NCBI GenBank assembly: GCA_964510585.1
Contig: CAZECW010000035.1
Span: 1-12,339 of the forward strand
Direction of reading: 5' to 3'
DNA: 12,339 nucleotides
From: an uncultured archaeon
GTDB taxonomy: Archaea > Asgardarchaeota > Jordiarchaeia > Jordiarchaeales > Jordiarchaeaceae
In this document: positions 1 through 6,221 of the stretch, one piece after another
Layout of the letters: each line of letters starts with the position of its first letter
Numbering within the stretch: the stretch's first letter is position 1
Made by a program: the position numbers and the translations under genes
The notes under the pieces: generated by a model
Databases searched by the model: none
Seen by the model: the letters and a program-made list of their open reading frames with translations, nothing else
What the model was told of the DNA's origin: nothing

Positions 1-136
1 TGCGTCTTGTTTAGCCCCTTAAGCCCAAGCCAAACCCTTCAGCTACCAACAATCATCATCCTTTCCTACTTTCTTATAAGCTTTTTGGGCGATTCATCCC
101 CGCGACTAAAGTCGGGGGCTTTCTCGCCAAGGTTCT
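1..136 (-). mobile_element. Left end (LE) of an IS200/IS605-family element, partial; the element runs off the left edge of the window
   Basis: The minus strand reads TTAC(140-137)|AGAACCTTGGCGAG-AAAG(122-119)-CCCCCGAC TTTA GTCG[C]GGGG-ATGAATCGCC. This is a subterminal imperfect hairpin with one bulged base, preceded by AAAG at +15..+18 from TTAC. It mirrors the IS608 LE layout (target TTAC, guide AAAG, bulged hairpin). An outer GGCGA/TCGCC stem is also present. No tnpA or tnpB coding sequence is inside the window. Confidence 0.65.
73..86 (-). promoter_or_regulatory. BRE/TATA-like promoter inside the IS left end, pointing into the element
   Basis: The minus strand reads AAAAAGCTTATAAG just inside the hairpin. 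The same AAAAGCTTAT core lies upstream of the M28 gene (4243-4258). Confidence 0.4.
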
Positions 137-292
137 GTAAAGTAGAACCGCCCCCAAAATACTCACTGCAGAAACTATCAACATAGCCAACAGAAGGACT
201 CCGCCAATAAAGGTTAGCGGCAAACCTCTAGGCGAACCCGACTTCTCACTTGCCGTAAAAACACCTTTTTTTTCAAGAAAACCAATGATAAA
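137..292 (-). pseudogene. Fragment of a membrane/secreted protein gene interrupted by the IS at TTAC
   Basis: The open minus frame reads FIIGFLEKKGVFTASEKSGSPRGLPLTFIGGVLLLAMLIVSAVSILGAVLLY| and contains a long hydrophobic stretch. It ends exactly at the TTAC junction and reads on into the IS to TAA at 76-74. There is no in-frame ATG before the hydrophobic stretch. Confidence 0.3.
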
Positions 293-489
293 TTATTTCC
301 CCTCTTAAACTATTAACCTTTCCCAGGAATAATGTCCCAAAGGAGAAGGAAACCTATTAAAAATCTTGAAAGCTCCAGGAAGACTGCGAAAAGCTCAGAG
401 GCAGGGTTCAGAGGAAGAATAAATTAAAAGAGGTCGTCAAAAAAATGATTTCAGGGCAAGTTTTCAAAAAGTTTCGGGGAGAACCTTTT

Positions 490-837
490 TTAGCCAGTTA
501 TGAATTCTGCGACTTCTTTGCATCCGTACTTCAAGCATATTTCGGCGGTTTTTTCGGGCTCCACACTCAATGCGGCTTTGAATAGGGCTCTTAAACCGTT
601 GTTGGTTTCCAGTTTTCCGCGTCTCCACAGGTGTAGGACGCCCTTGGCATACTCGGTGGGCATAGAGTTTTCAGTCTCCAGAACCATACTTATTAGGTCT
701 TCTACCAATTCTCCTCTAACATTTGGGTTTACTCCGCTCACGAGCTCTGCCAGCTCAAGTGCGGCTATTTTTTCTTTTGCAAACAACATTTTTACATCTA
801 CCTCCAACCTTTGCTCTGTACTTTCCCCACTTTTCAT
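490..837 (-). CDS. Hypothetical protein, 115 aa, predicted mostly helical (MKSGESTEQRLEVD...AEFITG)
   Basis: This is the protein-like part of ORF 490..966. The upstream extension is AT-rich and looks non-coding. ATG at 837 has TTTTTATA (874-867) about 30 nt upstream, consistent with a leaderless archaeal transcript. No family recognised. Confidence 0.65.
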   Translation of the reverse strand: MKSGESTEQRLEVDVKMLFAKEKIAALELAELVSGVNPNVRGELVEDLISMVLETENSMPTEYAKGVLHLWRRGKLETNNGLRALFKAALSVEPEKTAEICLKYGCKEVAEFITG

Positions 838-1291
838 GCTTATAAAGTAAAGGTCATGTTTTAGGGTATAAAAATTCAGAAATAATGAAAAATAAGCCAT
901 TATAAAATAAAGAAGTAGAAGGATATAATAGAAAATACTAATTAAAAACGGATTAAAAGCGACCATAAAAACACAATTTTCAAAAAAATATTCCTAAAAA
1001 AACAAAAAAATACGGAAAAAACTTACAAAAACCATCACAAAAATTCCCATCTTACAAAAATATTCCTCATAACAAAAAAGAAAACTAACAATTTTTGACG
1101 CAAAACCAAATAGTCAAGACAAAAATCCCCAACTATCCACACCTGCCAAAAGGCCCGAATTATAAAAAAATGCAAATATTGGACACAAACAACCCATCTA
1201 GCTCAATCAATCCCTCTAAAACCGGAAAAAATACTGCAACAAACCCGAAAAAATGATGTGGAGCCGCCCTTCACCCGAGTTGAGCCCCTTT

Positions 1292-2707
1292 TTATATCGG
1301 CGGCTTTTTATCCCTCCAAGGAAAATTCTTCTCAAAAGCTCGGGAAGCCTGAAGCACACCCAATTCGTCAAACCGGTTACCCACAATCTGTAGACCCACA
1401 GGCAGACCTTCCCTAGTATAGCCACACGGAACAGAGGCCGCAGGTATATGGGTGAAGTTAAAGGGGAAGGTAAACGCTGTCCAACCCGTAGGTCCCACAG
1501 GCTTTCCCGCAATCTCATTGGGTCCCAATCCTACGTCTATTTTGAATGGGGGAACTGCATTCGTTGGAGTCAGGAGAAAATCGTACTTCTCAAAAATTCT
1601 TCTGAGCTGATCCCACAGTTCCTTGCGCCGGTACTCAATTTTACAATAGTCAGTGGCCTTTATGTGATCCGCCAGCCAGAGAAAGTCAAGGTATGGCTTA
1701 TAACACACCTTCTTCCATTCTTCCATACGGTCTCCCACAGCCGCAACAATATTCGAAATCTCCATACTGACAAAATCCGCCCCCATATCTATGAGATTCA
1801 GCTTTACCTCTTCCACTAAGCAGCCCATATCCTTAAAGGAGAAGGCAGCCCTTCTCACAATCTCCTCAACCTCTGGTTCAACTATCGCGTAACCCAAATC
1901 AGGACTGAAAGCAAACTTTTTCCCCTTAATGCCTCTATCTATGTTTTCAAGGTAACTCACACCCGGCGGTGGAAGCGAGAGATAATCCCTACTGTCAGGT
2001 CCCGCCATGATGTCCAGCATTAAAGCGGCGTCTGCAACTGTCCGGGTAATGGGACCTTCCACAGCCAAAGTCTCAAAACCAGGAAGTTGAGGCCAACGCG
2101 GAATACGTCCCAGGTGGGGTTTGAAGCCGAAAACACCGCAAAAACTAGCGGGGGTCCTTAAAGAACCTCCCCAATCATTTCCCACCGCGATGGGACACAA
2201 ACCAGCAGCCACCGCAGCCGCGGAACCTCCACTTGAGCCCCCACAAGTCCTAGTTTTATCCCAGGGATTTCTGGTAACTCCAAAAACAGGATTGTCCGTA
2301 ATGCCAATTAACCCGAACTCGGGAAGATTAGTCTTACCCATTATTATGGCACCGGAACTCCTCAGCCTCTCCACAAGAACATAGTCCTCCTTGGGAACAT
2401 AGTTCTCGTAAAGCTTTGAACCCCAAGTGGTGCGAACACCCTTAACGGGCATATTATCCTTTATGGCAACTGGAACACCATGCAGGGGGCCCAGCTTCTT
2501 GCGGCTCTTTACAGCCTTCTCTGCGGCCTCGGCCTCCTTCCGGGCACTCTCCTCTGTTAAAGTTACGAAGGCGTTAATTTCTGGGTTCACTTTCTCAATT
2601 CTTTTAAAGAAGGCGTCGACAACATCAACTGGTGATAATTCTCCATTCTTTACTGCTTTGGAAAGCTCCAAAGCGCTCATCCAAACAATTTCTCTCTCTT
2701 TAACCAT
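1292..2707 (-). CDS. Amidase signature (AS) family amidase, paralogue 1, 471 aa
   Basis: It has VAIKD (K83), the GGSSGGSAAAVA signature (S158), GNDWGGSLR (S182), GKTNLPEF and LPVGLQIVG, giving an intact Ser-cisSer-Lys triad. GCGGTG lies upstream of the ATG. Confidence 0.95.
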   Translation of the reverse strand: MVKEREIVWMSALELSKAVKNGELSPVDVVDAFFKRIEKVNPEINAFVTLTEESARKEAEAAEKAVKSRKKLGPLHGVPVAIKDNMPVKGVRTTWGSKLYENYVPKEDYVLVERLRSSGAIIMGKTNLPEFGLIGITDNPVFGVTRNPWDKTRTCGGSSGGSAAAVAAGLCPIAVGNDWGGSLRTPASFCGVFGFKPHLGRIPRWPQLPGFETLAVEGPITRTVADAALMLDIMAGPDSRDYLSLPPPGVSYLENIDRGIKGKKFAFSPDLGYAIVEPEVEEIVRRAAFSFKDMGCLVEEVKLNLIDMGADFVSMEISNIVAAVGDRMEEWKKVCYKPYLDFLWLADHIKATDYCKIEYRRKELWDQLRRIFEKYDFLLTPTNAVPPFKIDVGLGPNEIAGKPVGPTGWTAFTFPFNFTHIPAASVPCGYTREGLPVGLQIVGNRFDELGVLQASRAFEKNFPWRDKKPPI

Positions 2708-2753
2708 GAAACACCGCCCGTTTTTTATTAATAGTTTTATATCTTAAAATTGT

Positions 2754-4193
2754 TTAGTGTCCTCTTATTTTGCTCGGGTCTGCTTTATCTATTTTTTTGA
2801 TTGTTCCAATGAATGCTGCTGCCACTGGATTCAGCTGGTCTACCGCAACTTTATCCAGGGTGTCGCAGGGGTCAAAAAGGTACTCTGGTCCCGAGATACA
2901 GCTGTAGATGGGATATCCTGCTCTGAAGAAGGCCATGGCATCTGTGGGCACTCCCAGAGGAGTGGTTCCGGGCAATATTATGAGGCGTTCCAGATTGTAT
3001 TTCTCTGCTTCCACAGCCAAATTATAGACCAGGCTGCTGGTGGCTTCTTCATTTCCTCCCTTGGTGAAAACTCCTCGGGGCTCGGGCAAGCCGGTGTCCA
3101 CCCATTCCTCCTGTTCTACGTCGAAGTCTTGGGCAATATGCTCTATGCACACATCCATCACCAGTCTCCGCATTATGTCTGGATTACTCTCTATGAAGGT
3201 GCTGTCCCCTCTTGCTGGTCCCCCGAAGTGTGTTCCCGTGGATAGAAAAACTAGGGTTTTCTCTCTCTCTGATAAGGGTGTTTTGGTAAAGTGTTCGGCT
3301 AAGGCTAGAACTTCGGCTACTCCTGAGGCGTCCTCAACCGCACTGTTCCAGGGACCATCATGGTGGGAATGTACCACTATTGTATCTTTGGTTTGTCCTG
3401 GCAGCACCGCGACGATGTTGTGGGTGATAGCTGGCTCCACATCTCCAGTCAATATTAAGTTAGCCTTAAGGCTTCCTTTCGCATTCTGTAATTTTTCAAC
3501 TAGCTCTGCTCCGTCTCTTCTTCCAACCCATAGTCCTGGTATCCAACCCGGTATCTGTCCCGGTAATCCTAGGCGTGTGAGGAACCAGTCTGGCATTTCT
3601 TGGTTTAGAGGTCCGAAATAGGGGATGTATATTCGGTTTTCATTGGTGGGATAGTCGGCCAAAATACCTACTATTCCCGCTGCTTTTTGTTTGCATGAGT
3701 GCCAGTAGGCTCCCCACCAGTTGGGATAAATCCAGGCTGTGGGGTGCGCAAAATTTTTGAGTGTTTCCTTTGGGTCCCAGACAAAGAAAGCCATTTTCTC
3801 CAGAAGACTTGCCTGGAGCATTGGAAAGCGTACATTCATCAAAACAATTTTTCCCTCAACATCCTTACCTTCGAAATCCTTAGCAGTGCCGTCGCCTAAG
3901 TAAACGATTTCGCCCTCTACGCCATCCTCATCTGTGAAGCCGGTGTTAGGTGTGTGAAAGCAGGGTATTTCGCTTTCGCCCACGGTGAGCTTCCAGTCCC
4001 GGGCTTCCCATTTTAGTATGCGGTAGGGCTGCTTTTCCACATCGATTAATCCAAAATCTTCAAACTTCTTCGCAATGTATTCTTCAGCCTTGGAGTCCGC
4101 CAAAGTGCCAGGTCTCCGATAGCCGAAGGAAGCTATTTTCTCTATCCAGCTCGAAATTTCCTCATTGGAAACCACGTCGGATGCAAAATTCAA
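2754..4193 (-). CDS. M28-fold (Zn aminopeptidase-like) protein with PA-domain insert and non-canonical metal/catalytic residues, ~479 aa
   Basis: It has an N-terminal R.PGT.AD..AEEYI segment, a PA insert (GEIVYLGDGTAKDFEGKDVEGKIVL) and HNIVAVLPG...VVHSHHD, then AVEDASG, LVFLSTGTH, CIEH, PTDAMAF and YLFDPCDTLDKV. The ORF track starts at GTG 4202, but that GTG lies inside the SD-like GAGGTGA, so the in-frame TTG at 4193 is preferred. Confidence 0.85.
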   Translation of the reverse strand: MNFASDVVSNEEISSWIEKIASFGYRRPGTLADSKAEEYIAKKFEDFGLIDVEKQPYRILKWEARDWKLTVGESEIPCFHTPNTGFTDEDGVEGEIVYLGDGTAKDFEGKDVEGKIVLMNVRFPMLQASLLEKMAFFVWDPKETLKNFAHPTAWIYPNWWGAYWHSCKQKAAGIVGILADYPTNENRIYIPYFGPLNQEMPDWFLTRLGLPGQIPGWIPGLWVGRRDGAELVEKLQNAKGSLKANLILTGDVEPAITHNIVAVLPGQTKDTIVVHSHHDGPWNSAVEDASGVAEVLALAEHFTKTPLSEREKTLVFLSTGTHFGGPARGDSTFIESNPDIMRRLVMDVCIEHIAQDFDVEQEEWVDTGLPEPRGVFTKGGNEEATSSLVYNLAVEAEKYNLERLIILPGTTPLGVPTDAMAFFRAGYPIYSCISGPEYLFDPCDTLDKVAVDQLNPVAAAFIGTIKKIDKADPSKIRGH

Positions 4194-4242
4194 AATGTTC
4201 ACCTCTCTCTAACAAGTATTAGTATCCTCTCATAACAACCAC

Positions 4243-4258
4243 AAAATAAGCTTTTGCG
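4243..4258 (-). promoter_or_regulatory. BRE/TATA promoter of the M28-like gene
   Basis: The minus strand reads CGCAAAAGCTTATTTT about 50 nt upstream of the start, leaving room for a short SD-containing leader. Confidence 0.5.
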
Positions 4259-4262
4259 AAAC

Positions 4263-4285
4263 AAACCAAACCAAACCAAACCAAA
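4263..4285. repeat. Pentanucleotide microsatellite (AAACC)4-AAA
   Basis: Read directly: aaaccaaaccaaaccaaaccaaa, preceded by a degenerate aaac. Confidence 0.85.
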
Positions 4286-4390
4286 TTTAGCACCAAAAAG
4301 TACAAATTCTGCCCAAAAAAAGGGGAGAAAAGAATAATGGGGAATTGTTGGAGGTATTTGAATCAACTTTTTTGTTTGCTTCTCTGCACC

Positions 4391-5806
4391 TTAAATTGGT
4401 GGCTTCTTGTCCTGCCAAGGCAAAACCTTTTCGAATGCCCTGGAAGCTTGAAGCACTCCCAACTCATCGAAACGGTTACCCACAATCTGGAGACCCACTG
4501 GAAGCTTATCCTTAGTGAAGCCACAGGGAACCGAGGCTGCAGGTTGACCTGTAAAGTTAAATGGGAAAGTAAAAGCAATCCAGCTCACTGGGCCCACAGG
4601 TTTTCCAGCAATCTGGGAGGGCCCCATCCCTAACTCCAAGTTAAAGGCTGGAACAGCGGTTGCAGGAGTCAAAAGGAAGTCATATTTCTCAAAAACTCTC
4701 CTAACCTTTTCCCAGAGCTCTTTTCTGCGATACTGCGTCTTAACATAGTCGGTAGCCTTAAGGGCGTCAGCCAGCCAGAGAAAGTCCAAGTATGGCTTAT
4801 AACACACATTCTTCCACTCCTCCAAACGATCTCCATAGGCTGCAACTGTTTCTGCAACCACTTGATTGACCAGATCTCCCTCCATGTTTGGAAAGTCCAG
4901 CTTAACCTCCTCCACACTATGACCCGCATCAGCAAAATCGAAAGCAGCCTTCCTAGTAATCTCTAGAACTTCTGGGTCAACCACAGCATACCCAAGGTCA
5001 GGGCTGTAGGCGAACTTCTTTTTCTTGACGCTTTTCTCCAAATTTTCCAAGTAGCTCACACCGGGTGGTGGTAGCGAGAGATAATCCCTATTGTCGGGAC
5101 CTGCCATAATATCCATCATTAGGGCGGCGTCAGCCACAGTTCGAGTAATAGGTCCCTCCACAGCCATTGTCTCCCAGCCTGGCAAAGCCGGCCAGCGTGG
5201 AATGCGGCCCAGGGAAGGCTTTAATCCGAAAACACCGCAAAGGCTACAGGGAACCCTTATGCTGCCCCCGCCATCATTGCCCACCGCTATGGGGCACATG
5301 CCCGTGGCCACAGCAGCTGCGGAGCCGCCGCTGGAGCCGCCTGTGGTTTTTGTTCTATCCCAAGGATTCTTGGACGCTCCAAAAAGTGGGTTGTCTGTTA
5401 TGGGAATTAAGCCAAACTCTGGAAGATTAGTCTTGCCTAGTATTATTGCTCCAGCGTTTTTTAGTCGCTCCACTAAAACCATGTCTTCCTGTGGAACATG
5501 GTTCTCGTAGAGTTTGGAGCCGTAGGTGGTGCGGACACCCTTAACGGGAATGTTGTCTTTGATGGCTACTGGTACACCGTGGAGTGGTCCCAGCTTCTTG
5601 CGGCTCTTTACTGCCTTCTCTGCGGCTTCAGCCTCCTTCCGGGCACTCTCCTCGGTTAGGGTAACAAAGGCGTTAATCTCGGGATTAACCTTCTTGATGC
5701 GATTATAGAAAGCGTCTACAACTTCAACTGGTGAAATTTCTCCCTTCTTTATGGATTTGGCGAGTTGTATGGCACTCATCCATATGATTTCCTTCTTCTT
5801 AGACAC
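4391..5806 (-). CDS. Amidase signature (AS) family amidase, paralogue 2, 471 aa
   Basis: It has the same triad (K83, S158, S182 in GNDGGGSIR), a GTG start and a strong SD (AAAGGAGG) upstream. It is gap-free colinear with paralogue 1 at an offset of 3099 nt. Confidence 0.95.
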   Translation of the reverse strand: MSKKKEIIWMSAIQLAKSIKKGEISPVEVVDAFYNRIKKVNPEINAFVTLTEESARKEAEAAEKAVKSRKKLGPLHGVPVAIKDNIPVKGVRTTYGSKLYENHVPQEDMVLVERLKNAGAIILGKTNLPEFGLIPITDNPLFGASKNPWDRTKTTGGSSGGSAAAVATGMCPIAVGNDGGGSIRVPCSLCGVFGLKPSLGRIPRWPALPGWETMAVEGPITRTVADAALMMDIMAGPDNRDYLSLPPPGVSYLENLEKSVKKKKFAYSPDLGYAVVDPEVLEITRKAAFDFADAGHSVEEVKLDFPNMEGDLVNQVVAETVAAYGDRLEEWKNVCYKPYLDFLWLADALKATDYVKTQYRRKELWEKVRRVFEKYDFLLTPATAVPAFNLELGMGPSQIAGKPVGPVSWIAFTFPFNFTGQPAASVPCGFTKDKLPVGLQIVGNRFDELGVLQASRAFEKVLPWQDKKPPI

Positions 5807-5848
5807 GTAAACCCTCCTTTTTTAAGGGATAGTATAGGAAGAATTATT

Positions 5849-5863
5849 GATATAAAACTTGTG
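5849..5863 (-). promoter_or_regulatory. Candidate TATA box for amidase 2
   Basis: The minus strand reads CACAAGTTTTATATC about 45 nt upstream of the GTG. Confidence 0.35.
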
Positions 5864-6221
5864 TTTATTGATGCTCCCCACGATTTTTAGAGAGGCTTTC
5901 TTGCCGTCGATTTTGTAAAGAATCAGACTGTTTAAAGTGGGGCGTTCTAAACCAATGAGCCATTTAGGGCAAACTCCTGCTGGAGCAGTTGGAAAAAACT
6001 GGCAGTATCCTCCACTCTAGACACATTGAGGAAACTGGAAAATGAAAAGGGGTCAAAGAAACAGGAGGGGATGCTTTGCCTCCTGAAGAATCCTGATGGG
6101 AGCCTAACTCTAAGCAAGAGGGTATAGTAAATTCCTAAAGAGTGGGGCGAAACTGAAAAGACTAAAAAATGTGATCAGAACGGGTTTACCAGTATGGCGT
6201 TGGGGGATAAAGGGAGTGTTT

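Noticed and set aside
838-966. N-terminal extension of ORF 490..966 as a membrane anchor
   Set aside because: The F/Y/I/L richness is what a T-rich non-coding strand translates to, and the segment contains the likely TATA box.
860-1260. Replication origin (AT-rich unwinding element)
   Set aside because: No ORB or mini-ORB repeats are visible, and no cdc6/orc1 gene is in the window.
1262-1305. Inverted repeat AGCCGCC/GGCGGCT as terminator of amidase 1
   Set aside because: It is only 7 bp with a 30-nt loop, and one arm lies inside the coding sequence; chance is likely.
1292-5806. Calling either amidase gatA (Glu-tRNA amidotransferase subunit A)
   Set aside because: They lack the GatA-type GSDTGGSIRQPA and RYDG motifs, no gatB/gatC is adjacent, and there are two diverging copies. 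A generic AS amidase call is better supported.
2733-5859. Shared 11-mer GATATAAAACT upstream of both amidases as an operator
   Set aside because: It lies in opposite orientations relative to the two genes, is AT-rich, and overlaps probable TATA boxes. The evidence is insufficient.
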